Shown here in pieces: positions 8,856-17,840 of a stretch of 64,000 nt of DNA. The stretch covers positions 4,608,001 to 4,672,000 of the forward strand of contig CBDFJQ010000002.1 of assembly GCA_965248575.1 (NCBI GenBank). Direction: 5' to 3'. The notes below the pieces were generated by a model. That model ran no database searches and had not been told where the DNA came from. It saw only the letters and a program-made list of their open reading frames with translations. Source of the DNA: Planctomycetota bacterium (GTDB lineage Bacteria > Planctomycetota > B15-G4). Within the stretch, counting starts at the first letter, position 1, and the number at the start of each line of letters is the position of its first letter. Position numbers and translations under genes: made by a program.

Positions 8856-10592
8856 TCAGTTGAAGGTCACGTCTCCCCCAGTGACGAACGGGTCGTTGAG
8901 CTTGCGGTGCCCGGCGTTGGAGAGCTTGCTGCGGTAGAGCTCCCGCACCTCGTCCGTGTCCTCATCGGCGACGTACACGACGTAGCGGCCCTTGGGTTCC
9001 ACGACGACCTGCGGACCGTTGATGGTCCCGTTTGGGACCAGTGGGCCGTTCAACTTCAACACCTGGGCCTTCTTCAAGTCGCTCCGGAAGAGTTCGTAGA
9101 GACCCTGGGTATCCTGGTCCATGTGGTAGACGGCATAGCGGCCCTTGGGGTCCAGCTGGAAGTTGAAGAAACCCGTGCCGGCACCAAAGGGAAGCGGCGC
9201 GTTCAGCCGCTTGATCGCGCCCGTCTTCAGGTTGCTCACGAAGAGTTCATTGACGCCGTTGATGTTCTCGTCGCCGACGAACACGGCATAGCGGCTCTTG
9301 GCGTCCACGCGGTAGTTGGCGGGTAGAACGTCGCCCCCAAAGATGAACGGGGCGCTCAAGCGCAGATTTTTGCCCGTCTTCAGCTCACTTCGGAAGAGCT
9401 CGAACACATTGTCGGTGTTCTGGTCGGCACGGTAGACGGCGTAGCGACCCTTGGGATCCAAGACGAGACCCGGCAGGTCCACATCTCCATTGGTTGCCAT
9501 TGGTCCACTCAGCTTCACGGACAGGCCCGTCTTGATATCACTCCGATAGAGCTCTCTCACACCCTGGGTGTCTTCGTCGGCGACGTAGACGACATAACGC
9601 CCCTTCTTGTTCACCAGCGGGGTCTGAGCGGGCAGGGTCCCACCGGGCACAAGGTCTCCGTTCAGCTTCACCATGGCGCCCGACACCAGCTCGCTTCGGT
9701 AAAGCTGGATGCGGGGCGGGGTGGACTCCTGGACGAGGTAGATGGCGTAGCGCCCTCTCGGGTCAACGACGGCATCGGCGTACACGATGTCGCCGGCGGC
9801 CAGCTCCGGGCTGATCTTCATCGAGGCGCCCGTCTTCAGGTTGCTCGCGTAGAGCTCGAAGACTTGGTCGGTTTCCTGGTCAGCTCGGTAGACGACCCAA
9901 TTGCCCTTGGGGCCCATGGTGTACCCGGCGACGTTTCCGCCGGGGACGATCGGTCCGTTCAGCTTGATCACTCCGCCGTTCTTCAGGTCAGCGCGATACA
10001 GCTCGAGGATGCCGTCGGTGTCCTGGTCAGCTCTGTAGACGACGTATCGGCCCTTGGGATCAAACTTGAAGCCGCTGAACACACCGCCGCCGGGGACGAG
10101 CGGGGGGTTGAGCTTCAGCTGTTCGCCTGTGTTCAGGTTACTGCGGTAGAGCTCGATGACCCCGGGGGTGGTCTGCTCGGAGCGATAGACGACGTACCGG
10201 CCCTTGGGATCCAGACAGTAGCTGCCGGCGCTGGTAGAGGCGGTAATGCTTCCGCTCATCTTCAGCCGCTGTCCCGTCGTGATGAGGCTCCTGTAGAGCT
10301 CATGAACGCCCACGGTGTCCTGGTCGGCGTAGTACACGACGTTTCGACCCTTGGAATCCACGAGGAAGGACTCGACTCTGCCGCCGGCTGCGATGGGGCC
10401 GTTCAGCTTGGCCGCCTGACCCGACTTGATGTCGCTCCGGTAGAGCTCCTGAACACCGTCGGTGTCGCCATCGGCGATGTACACGGTGAAGCGGCCCTTG
10501 GGGTCAACGCTAGGCGCTTCCAACTGCGCCAGCAGCGGCGGCGCGGTGAACAGGCCCAGCGCAACGATCCATGACAACGGGTGAAACCGCAT
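8856..10592 (-). CDS. Secreted repeat protein of 11 ~50-aa TolB-like propeller blades
   Basis: ATG 10592 with GGAGGAGG RBS; signal peptide; 11 copies of DPKGRYVVYxADxDTxGVxELYRSxLxxGxxxKLNGP. Confidence 0.88.
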   Translation of the reverse strand: MRFHPLSWIVALGLFTAPPLLAQLEAPSVDPKGRFTVYIADGDTDGVQELYRSDIKSGQAAKLNGPIAAGGRVESFLVDSKGRNVVYYADQDTVGVHELYRSLITTGQRLKMSGSITASTSAGSYCLDPKGRYVVYRSEQTTPGVIELYRSNLNTGEQLKLNPPLVPGGGVFSGFKFDPKGRYVVYRADQDTDGILELYRADLKNGGVIKLNGPIVPGGNVAGYTMGPKGNWVVYRADQETDQVFELYASNLKTGASMKISPELAAGDIVYADAVVDPRGRYAIYLVQESTPPRIQLYRSELVSGAMVKLNGDLVPGGTLPAQTPLVNKKGRYVVYVADEDTQGVRELYRSDIKTGLSVKLSGPMATNGDVDLPGLVLDPKGRYAVYRADQNTDNVFELFRSELKTGKNLRLSAPFIFGGDVLPANYRVDAKSRYAVFVGDENINGVNELFVSNLKTGAIKRLNAPLPFGAGTGFFNFQLDPKGRYAVYHMDQDTQGLYELFRSDLKKAQVLKLNGPLVPNGTINGPQVVVEPKGRYVVYVADEDTDEVRELYRSKLSNAGHRKLNDPFVTGGDVTFN

Positions 10593-10764
10593 ACGTCTCC
10601 TCCTCCGGGTCCAACACAATGGGCAGGCATCGTATACGAGGAATCGCTGCGAAGTGTCGCCTCGACAGGATTCTGTCGCGTGGGGGGGGGCTCTCGGGGC
10701 TTCGAATCTGCGCAGGTTCGGTGTTCAGCCGGACGAGCGCGGCACGCGAGGGGACGCTTGCCCT

Positions 10765-10939
10765 CTCGCTCGCTTGACCTCGTGCCACAGGACGGCAACG
10801 GCTCCATTGACGTCTTCGTGAGCAAGGTAAAATGAGTCGCGACATCGTGAGGAATCTGGAGTTCGGTCTACTCGTCGTGCTCGCGATGGGCGGCGTCTTG
10901 GCACCGGCGTCGTTCGCGAGGCCACTGCCGGCGCGGTGA
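10765..10939 (+). pseudogene. Relics: end of a TolB-like blade plus a signal-peptide-only ORF
   Basis: SLDLVPQDGNGSIDVFVSKVK* overlaps (ATGA, 10832-10835) a 35-aa ORF MSRDIVRNLEFGLLVVLAMGGVLAPASFARPLPAR*. Confidence 0.4.
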
Positions 10940-11096
10940 CCGAGCGGGACGAGCTGGTGCGCGGCAGCCGGGGCTAGCAGAGCGGTACCTCTGAAGTGCC
11001 GCCCTGCGCAGACTGCTGTATGTTCGATGCAGCGCACCGCTCGGGAATAGCGCGCCTACGTCGATCGTTCCAAGTACCAGGTCTGGTGGAGAGCCT

Positions 11097-11618
11097 GTGA
11101 TGATGTCGTCCCTCAAGGGCGGAATCCTTCCCCTTGCGGCCTTCGCGGCGCTGGTGCTCTTGGCTGCCTGCGGATCGAGGCAGTCTGCTCTGCAGACAAT
11201 AGACGGGGGTTTCGGCGATGCCGTTCAAGCCTCGCCCATACTGTCTACGGCAGACGGGCAGGTGACCTCACCACCCGCTAGCATCGCCTGGGGTGAGCGA
11301 CACTGTGACTCCTGCACAATGTCCATCGACGCGCCGGGATTCGCCGTGCAAGTGACGACCGTCGATGGTCGACTGCTCGCCTTCGACGACCCAGGCTGCC
11401 TTGTGATCGAGATCGAGATGGAGCGACTGACTCCTGTCGCCATGTGGTTCCATCACGCCGACGAGAACCGTTGGCTCAACGGGTGGAACGCCGGCTTCGT
11501 GCGGCGTGACAACTCGCCCATGGCCTTCGGCTACGCCGCGGTGGGTTCTCGCTCGGCCGACCTGAGTTTCGAGCAGGTCCGGGCCGAAATGCGCGAGCGC
11601 TTCCAGCTGAAGCCCTAG
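11097..11618 (+). CDS. NosL-family copper-binding lipoprotein
   Basis: Lipobox LLAAC; CDSCTMSI (CxxCxM), FDDPGCL and SPMAFGYAA motifs of the NosL family. Confidence 0.82.
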   Translation: MMMSSLKGGILPLAAFAALVLLAACGSRQSALQTIDGGFGDAVQASPILSTADGQVTSPPASIAWGERHCDSCTMSIDAPGFAVQVTTVDGRLLAFDDPGCLVIEIEMERLTPVAMWFHHADENRWLNGWNAGFVRRDNSPMAFGYAAVGSRSADLSFEQVRAEMRERFQLKP

Positions 11619-11654
11619 GCCTTGTAGCGGGTCGGCACAGGCACCCCTTCCAGC

Positions 11655-13691
11655 TCACGGCACCGTGGCGCGTAGGGCATTGCTCGCGGCGAGCCCGAAC
11701 ACGCCTTGCGCATCCAGGATCCAAGACTGGATCCACAACGAGGTTCCCGCGGGGATGCCGACGGGCCAGGTGGTGGAGATGCTGGTGCTCCCCGCGCCGT
11801 CGGTGATGCCGAAGGAGCGGATGACGCCCATCGGCGGCGAAAAGGCCGGCACCAGCACGCCACCCTCGAACGGCAGGTTCAGTGCGGCGAGGCCCACCAC
11901 CAGGAAGGTAGGCGCGCCGGCCGCGGCGTCTTCAAGCGACAGTTGCAGTGGCGTGCCCTCGGCGAGCAGGCCGATGCCCTTGAGGTGCGGCGCACCGTTC
12001 GTTCCGGGCAACGCGAAGCCCAAGTCCGCCCAGGCGATCTTCGTGGTGATGGTCTCCACCGCGTCGAGCACCGGGTTGGTACCGGGGTGTCCGATGAGCA
12101 CGTCGCTGCGTCCGTCGCCGTCGAGGTCTTGGGCGGTGCAGAACGCCTCGCCGTAGCGGCTATCGCCGCGAGGTCCGGTGAACACCTCCAGAAGGCTGCC
12201 GTCGCGTCCGGAGAAAGCGAAGACGAAGACCTGCGGATCGAAGCTGCTCTGACTCAGGTAGTCGCGCTGCGTGCCGCGTATCAGGACGTCTGGCACGCCG
12301 TCGTCATCAAGGTCGCCGGCCGCAGCAACGTGCGTAGCGAATCTGGTGGTCGACGTGGAACTCAGCAGGCCGGTGTACGCGCCCTGGTCCAGCCAGTCGG
12401 TGAGCTCCCAGGCGTGGATCAACGAGCCGTCGCCGGTGGAGTGCACCCGCGCCTGGTTGAGATCGTCCGACGGGCTGCCGAAGAGCACGTCGCCCAGACC
12501 GTCGCCGTCGAGGTCGCCAGGACCCGCGACGCTGGCACCGAGTCCTTCGAGGTCGACGTCGCCGCTCCACTGTCGCACGAGCGCGCCCGTCGCTACGGAG
12601 ATCACGCTGACCTGGCCGCGGTTGATGCCGCCAGCTTCCGCCGCGGGCGTGCCCAGCAGGAGGTCGGCCAGTGTGTCGCCGTCGGCGTCGCCCACGCACG
12701 CCACGTGTGTGCCCAACTCGTCGCGGGCGGCATTGCCTGTGACTTGCCGCAGCAACGAGCCGTCGGCGCCGGAGAAGACGCGCACGAGACCCGCTTTGTT
12801 GCCGGCGGCGTCGTTGAGCGGCGCGCCCACGGCGAAATCTTCCAGCCCGTCGCCGTCGGCGTCGCCGAGGCCCGCGACAGACGACCCGAAAGCGTCGAAG
12901 GGTGCATCGCCGCCGAACGAGAACAACACGGAGCCGTCGACACCGGACAGCACCCGCGCGACGCCCGTGGTGGACTCGTTCGGCGAGCCCACCAGCAGCT
13001 CAGGGATCATGTCGCCGTCCAGATCGGCCAGCGCATCGACGGCGCTGCCGAAAGCGCCGTTCTCCGCGGGGCCGAGCAGGTCCAGCAGCACGGCGCCGTC
13101 TGCCCCCGACAGCAGCAGTACGCGGCCCCGGCCGGCGGCGGCGAGCGGCGCGCCGACGAGCACATCGGGCACGCCATCGCCGTTCGCATCCGGCGTCGAG
13201 GCCAAGGCCGTGCCGAAGTCGGCGCTGTCTTCGGCGAGTTCGTGGCGCTGTGTGACACCGTCCGGGAAGAAGTGAAACTCCGTGAGGTCTTCCGATCCCG
13301 GGCCAAACTGTGCGTCGAACGTCGTGATGCCCAGCCCGAAGCTGGTGTCACCCGGCACGTCGAATGCCAGGCTGCCGAGCCAGTACTGGTAGTTGTGCTC
13401 CAGCTGGCTCGGGACGCCGTCGATCTCCCAGGCGACCCAGTCGACGCCCCAGAACACGTCGTGGTTTGTGAAGTCCACGCGCACGTAGGCGGTGCCCGGG
13501 TAGGGCGCGACGCTGCGGAAGAACGTCTCGGAGCTACTGGAGTCGTCACACCCGGTGATCGACATGAGCTCGTCGGCCAGCACGCCACTGCCACAGGTGT
13601 TGTCGAACTCCCAGTTCAGCGCGGCGAACTGCGCGCCCGCCGTCGTGCTGCACGTGAGGATCAGTGCGAACGCCAGGCCGATTCGTGTCAT
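11655..13691 (-). CDS. Secreted FG-GAP/integrin-alpha repeat protein with conserved C-terminal domain
   Basis: Start MTRIGLAFALIL (ATG 13691); seven FGxxxxxxxDxDGDGxxDxLxGxP-type repeats; C-terminus WPVGIPAG..QSWILD..SNALRATVP. Confidence 0.9.
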   Translation of the reverse strand: MTRIGLAFALILTCSTTAGAQFAALNWEFDNTCGSGVLADELMSITGCDDSSSSETFFRSVAPYPGTAYVRVDFTNHDVFWGVDWVAWEIDGVPSQLEHNYQYWLGSLAFDVPGDTSFGLGITTFDAQFGPGSEDLTEFHFFPDGVTQRHELAEDSADFGTALASTPDANGDGVPDVLVGAPLAAAGRGRVLLLSGADGAVLLDLLGPAENGAFGSAVDALADLDGDMIPELLVGSPNESTTGVARVLSGVDGSVLFSFGGDAPFDAFGSSVAGLGDADGDGLEDFAVGAPLNDAAGNKAGLVRVFSGADGSLLRQVTGNAARDELGTHVACVGDADGDTLADLLLGTPAAEAGGINRGQVSVISVATGALVRQWSGDVDLEGLGASVAGPGDLDGDGLGDVLFGSPSDDLNQARVHSTGDGSLIHAWELTDWLDQGAYTGLLSSTSTTRFATHVAAAGDLDDDGVPDVLIRGTQRDYLSQSSFDPQVFVFAFSGRDGSLLEVFTGPRGDSRYGEAFCTAQDLDGDGRSDVLIGHPGTNPVLDAVETITTKIAWADLGFALPGTNGAPHLKGIGLLAEGTPLQLSLEDAAAGAPTFLVVGLAALNLPFEGGVLVPAFSPPMGVIRSFGITDGAGSTSISTTWPVGIPAGTSLWIQSWILDAQGVFGLAASNALRATVP

Positions 13692-13957
13692 CGTTCGACT
13701 CCCTTCAGGTCTTGTGCGCCGCCGGTCCGAAATCCGGTGCACTGCACCGGTGCGATCTCCGGCTCGCGGCGGACCCACGATACACTCTCTCCTGCCGCGT
13801 GGGGGGGGCACGAAGCTCGATCGCCAGCCCTCTTGATCGCGAAGTCGTTCGACTCGCGCCACACTGGATGCAGTGGGCTGACTGATTCTGAAGGGGCGGC
13901 GTTCACGGCTCCTGGACGCGGAGGGTCGTCCTGCATTCGAAGCCGCAACTTTGGCTC

Positions 13958-14701
13958 TCAGGCTTGGTGTGCCGGCACACCCCCAGCCACGTTCAGCGAC
14001 TCGATCAAGCTCTCGGGCACGGACATCAGCGGGAAGTGACCCGACTCGAGTGTGAGGACCTGGTCCACATTCCAGTGCGACAACATCCTGTCCTGCAGCG
14101 AAGTGGACAGGACCTTGTCGAGGGAGGCGCGCACATAGGTCTTCGCAACGGACCCGAAGCGTGTCTGGCTCAACTGGGCCGCGAACAGGAATGGGGCGGT
14201 CGCCTGCCTCATCGCAAAGTGGGGCAGGAAGCTCTCGAGGCGCTCGGGTTCGTGGACGTCATGCAGCAGGACGCCCTTGACTGCATCTGGCCCGACCGTG
14301 ACGTACGTACCGTCCTCTGAGAACTCGAGTCTTGGCAAGAGCTGTCCATCGGCGTCGCTCTGCATCAGATCCATGGGCGTCTCACCGTGCTGGGGCAGGA
14401 TCGCCGCGACGTAGACCAGGCGCTCGATCTTGTCTGGGATGCGCTCGGCAACTTGCGAGATGATCGCTCCCCCGAGTGAGTGGCCAACGAGGACGATGGG
14501 ACCTGTCAGGGCCTCGGCTTCGTCGATCACGGTCTGGACGTAGGTGTCCATCGTGACGCCAGGGATCGGGGCGTTGTTCTGCCCGTGGCCGGGGAGATCG
14601 ACGGCGTGGGCCCGGTGACCCAGCCTGCGCAAGCCGTCGAGGGTTGCCTTGAATTCCCAGGCTCCGCCCCAGGCACCGTGGACCAGCAAGTAGTTCTTCA
14701 T
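13958..14701 (-). CDS. Alpha/beta hydrolase (methylesterase/SABP2-like)
   Basis: LLVHGAWGGAW, DLPGHG, nucleophile elbow GHSLGG, SGHFPLMS. Confidence 0.92.
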   Translation of the reverse strand: MKNYLLVHGAWGGAWEFKATLDGLRRLGHRAHAVDLPGHGQNNAPIPGVTMDTYVQTVIDEAEALTGPIVLVGHSLGGAIISQVAERIPDKIERLVYVAAILPQHGETPMDLMQSDADGQLLPRLEFSEDGTYVTVGPDAVKGVLLHDVHEPERLESFLPHFAMRQATAPFLFAAQLSQTRFGSVAKTYVRASLDKVLSTSLQDRMLSHWNVDQVLTLESGHFPLMSVPESLIESLNVAGGVPAHQA

Positions 14702-14800
14702 GACGCGCTCCTGTGTTCGTTTGTGGATGGACGGATGAGTGGGTTCGCGGTGGACCGGGTTGGACCCAGCCCGCCGCGTGTCCAGGCTTTCCTGCTCCGG

Positions 14801-15529
14801 TCAGCGGAGCAGGAACGTGATCACCTTGGCTGGCACATCGGACGAGAGGTTGACGAGCGAGGCCTCCGGGCCGGATGTCGGCAGGGAAAAGGTTCCACCC
14901 GCAACGATCAGTTGCTCCGGCGTGCCATCGATGTGCAACTCGATCACGCCCTCGGCGACGAGGCCGAGCCGTGGCTCACGAACGTCGAGCGTTTGCGACC
15001 CGCTCTTCGGCAGCTCGGTGACGTACACCTCCACCTGGTCCACGGGCTGGTCAGCCAGATCGACCGTCGGAAGCGTGCGGCGGTCGATGGCTTCCGTCGG
15101 CGGCTGCTCGAAGACGATGAACGGCTCGTCGACCTGCTCGAGGTTGAAGTCGATGAAGATGGCTTCGTCCGTCGCCGAGGCATTGTCGAAGCGTAGGATG
15201 CGCGGGCCCACGGGCTCAAAGAAGGCGTCGCCTTCGCGCAGCAGCTGCGGTTGTTCGCCCTCGACCTGATAGAGGATCGCGCCCTTGGCGACGTAGCCCA
15301 CGGCCGGTGCGCTGTGCGTGTGGATGGGGGCCACCTGTCCCGGCTTGAAGTGGAAGTCGCCGATTTCGACCTGCACGACCTGGCGCGGCTCGAAGTTGGC
15401 CGTCAGCAGCTTGGTGGTTGCGGGGGACTCTGTCTTCGCTGCGCCCATCAGCACGGCGCCCATGCCGAGAGTGGCGGCAAAGGTGGCGGCGAGCGTGGCC
15501 ATCCGTGGGTTCTGGATCAGGGTCTTCAT
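14801..15529 (-). CDS. Exported cupin-domain protein (bicupin-like)
   Basis: Signal-like N-terminus; PGQVAPIHTH..GYVAKG..GDAFFEP cupin motif; a second degenerate cupin follows. Confidence 0.8.
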   Translation of the reverse strand: MKTLIQNPRMATLAATFAATLGMGAVLMGAAKTESPATTKLLTANFEPRQVVQVEIGDFHFKPGQVAPIHTHSAPAVGYVAKGAILYQVEGEQPQLLREGDAFFEPVGPRILRFDNASATDEAIFIDFNLEQVDEPFIVFEQPPTEAIDRRTLPTVDLADQPVDQVEVYVTELPKSGSQTLDVREPRLGLVAEGVIELHIDGTPEQLIVAGGTFSLPTSGPEASLVNLSSDVPAKVITFLLR

Positions 15530-15610
15530 GGTCTGGGTTCCGGTTCAGGGGGTGCTGCGGGTCAACCCGCGAGAGCGGTTCACGCCGTAGGTGGCGTCGA
15601 CGGTCCCTAG

Positions 15611-15626
15611 AGCGAAGTCCGTGCCA
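15611..15626 (-). promoter_or_regulatory. Sigma54 (-24/-12) promoter for the cupin-hydrolase genes
   Basis: Minus strand reads TGGCACGGACTTCGCT with exact GG-N10-GC spacing, ~80 nt upstream of the ATG at 15529. Confidence 0.7.
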
Positions 15627-15695
15627 ATCCGATGCCGTTGCCGTAAGAGCTGATCAGCAAAGGAGTTGACTGATTCAGCCGGCTACGGAGGCGCC

Positions 15696-15746
15696 GCGAA
15701 ATCTCGTAGTTAGCGAGATCTCGTCAACGGGGTGGCGAGATTGCGT
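15696..15746. promoter_or_regulatory. Three quasi-palindromic boxes, candidate enhancer-binding-protein sites (UAS)
   Basis: GCGAAATCTCGT (15696), GCGAGATCTCGT (15713) and GCGAGATTGCGT (15735), 70-120 nt upstream of the sigma54 site. Confidence 0.55.
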
Positions 15747-15773
15747 GACGGCGTGATCCTGGCCCGAACGGCC

Positions 15774-16862
15774 TCAGGCAGTTCCCACGAGCACACCCAC
15801 CACACTCTTGAACGTCACGGCTGCGTTGCCAAAGAAGAGGCCGACGAACTTGACGTTGGTCTTCCTGTCGAAGGGCCACGTGTGCATCCGGTGCAGTTGG
15901 ATCCGGCGCGCTTCGTAGATGTTCAGGTCTGCCTGCAACAACGCCTGGAGCTTCTCCTCCTGGGCGGCATCCAGTTTCGCGACCTGCCGGATGCGTTGCT
16001 CCAGTTCCGCCCTTCGCAACTCATGCTGCACCGTGAGCTCGACCTCGGTTGAGATCTTGTGGGCCATCAGGGCGCGATTGATCTGAACAGCTGGCGCCAG
16101 AAGGACGGTCAGCGACAACACGAAGGGCAGCGCAATCCAGAGCCACATTGCGGCCTTGATGTAGGTGGAAAGTTGCGAGTCTGTAGCGACTGTTGCCCAC
16201 TCCACGTTGTGCCAACCTGCCCTGAGGATGTAGGTGGAGATGAGCACACCGATCAGCAAGGTCACTGCACTGAACTTGACCAAGGCGTCCCCCAGGAACA
16301 AGGTGCCTCCACAGCCATCCGGGTTCGTGTAGTCAATGCGCGGACGATCAGCATCGACATAGGACTGGAGCACCAGCACCACGCCCCGAATCCCGCCCGT
16401 CGCCATGCCGCACACGAAGCCTGCCAGGGCATAGCCCAGGTAGGTCGTGGTCAGGGTCAGCGGGGTGTCGGCTTTCGGGCCAAGCACCCATCCAACCAGG
16501 CAATTCAAGGCGGCGAACAGCAGGCCCCACTGCAAGAACTTCGCATCCCGGAGCCGCCGTCGTAACGTGCCCTGGTAGGCCTCGGTACCCGTGCTTCGAC
16601 CGGCGTCCTCGAGGCGCAAGTCCATCTGCGGAAAGACGCTTCGCAAGGTGTGCGTCGCGTAGTAGAGCGACAGCATCGCCGCAATGATGATCACGCACAG
16701 CAACCAACTCCAATCGGAGAAGATCGCCTCTTCCGCCGCTATGAAGTGCGGAGCAAGAAACATCAGGCCGAGCAGCACGCTGGCCAACAGCTTGGCCAAG
16801 AAGGGCATCGCAAAGCGATCCCCGAGCCGGTCATAGAAGGGCTGAAACGTCGTCGTGGTCAT
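15774..16862 (-). CDS. Integral membrane protein of unknown function (~7 TM)
   Basis: Multiple hydrophobic helices; NPDGCGG and C-terminal WPF motifs; coiled-coil-like segment. Confidence 0.75.
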   Translation of the reverse strand: MTTTTFQPFYDRLGDRFAMPFLAKLLASVLLGLMFLAPHFIAAEEAIFSDWSWLLCVIIIAAMLSLYYATHTLRSVFPQMDLRLEDAGRSTGTEAYQGTLRRRLRDAKFLQWGLLFAALNCLVGWVLGPKADTPLTLTTTYLGYALAGFVCGMATGGIRGVVLVLQSYVDADRPRIDYTNPDGCGGTLFLGDALVKFSAVTLLIGVLISTYILRAGWHNVEWATVATDSQLSTYIKAAMWLWIALPFVLSLTVLLAPAVQINRALMAHKISTEVELTVQHELRRAELEQRIRQVAKLDAAQEEKLQALLQADLNIYEARRIQLHRMHTWPFDRKTNVKFVGLFFGNAAVTFKSVVGVLVGTA

Positions 16863-17115
16863 GGTTGCACCGTGTCATCCACCGAAGGGTCCGGGGTAGC
16901 ACCCTCGCTTCCCCTGAGTGAGGGGGGCAGACACAGGTCACGCTGTCCAGCCTCTCTTGCACCCCTCGTGCACGAGTATGCCTGAGGGGGCCAACTTCAT
17001 CGCGGGCACGCCCCGAGACACTCGCTGCAACGAACCGCTTCCTCGCGTTCGACTCCACCACCCAGTCCCGGTGGGCGGTGTTTGTGGCAGGTACGCGGAG
17101 GCGAGGACTCGTGGC

Positions 17116-17667
17116 TCAGGACTGGAGCTGGAGCGGCGTGTATTTCATTTCGTCGTCCTGAGCAGGCATCTGGACCAGTCGCAAGGCCATGACGCAGCTG
17201 TCGGGTCCGAACGACAGCGACTCGAAGCCGTTCCCGCCGATGCCGAGCACGTCGACGAGCGCGTAGCCCATCGAGCCACCAACATCGAGAGACATGGCTT
17301 CGGCGTACTGCACCAAGGCGCGCAGATCCCTGCCTGCGCCGTTCTTGAGCAAGAAGTCGAACAGCGCTCCCTGCGGAACGGCGCGACCCTGGAGACGGAG
17401 TCCCACGAACACCAGCAGGTAATCGTTCGAGCTGGCGAGTTTCTCGACCTCCGGCGGCACACGGTCGGGCTGGTCGAACGGCTGGGTGACGTTCACGACG
17501 ACTTCGAGAGTGCGTCGATCGACCACGAGAAACCAGGTTCCCGACAGCTGATCACCGCTGTAGACGGACAGCCGGTTTGAGCCGATGACGACGCTGGCGC
17601 TCAGTTCACTCCGCCCGTGCGGGGCGACGATCGTGAACAGCAGGGACTTCGGGTCTTCGTTCGCCAT
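17116..17667 (-). CDS. Hypothetical protein, possible ILEI/FAM3 (GG-type lectin)-like fold
   Basis: Clean 183-aa ORF; pattern GTWFLVVDRRTLEV..YLLVFVG..FLLKNGA..YALVDVLG. Confidence 0.65.
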   Translation of the reverse strand: MANEDPKSLLFTIVAPHGRSELSASVVIGSNRLSVYSGDQLSGTWFLVVDRRTLEVVVNVTQPFDQPDRVPPEVEKLASSNDYLLVFVGLRLQGRAVPQGALFDFLLKNGAGRDLRALVQYAEAMSLDVGGSMGYALVDVLGIGGNGFESLSFGPDSCVMALRLVQMPAQDDEMKYTPLQLQS

Positions 17668-17840
17668 TGAGTGCTGCCTCTGAGATCGCTTTACCAGACC
17701 TCAGCGTAGCGCGAGCCTGACCAGCTAGCCTGCCCACTTTTCCTGACATCGGGAGCTTTCGTTTCGCGTCCATCTGTCTCAGGCCCATGGCGTGTTCCAG
17801 GGTCGAGATCACTCCGTGGGTCCGTTCTCTTGGGTTGAAG

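Noticed and set aside
8856..10510. Regular ~150-nt DNA periodicity as a CRISPR or non-coding array
   Set aside because: Fully explained by protein repeats with synonymous variation; no identical repeats with unique spacers and no cas genes
7037..11618. NosD-like beta-helix near NosL as a nos cluster
   Set aside because: The beta-helix protein is a generic repeat protein on the opposite strand, and nosZ/F/Y are absent
11706..14039. Long antisense ORFs (777 aa here; also 21251-22678, 34123-35781, 55432-56760, 62615-63949)
   Set aside because: Shadows of well-supported genes on the opposite strand, expected in high-GC DNA; no recognisable motifs
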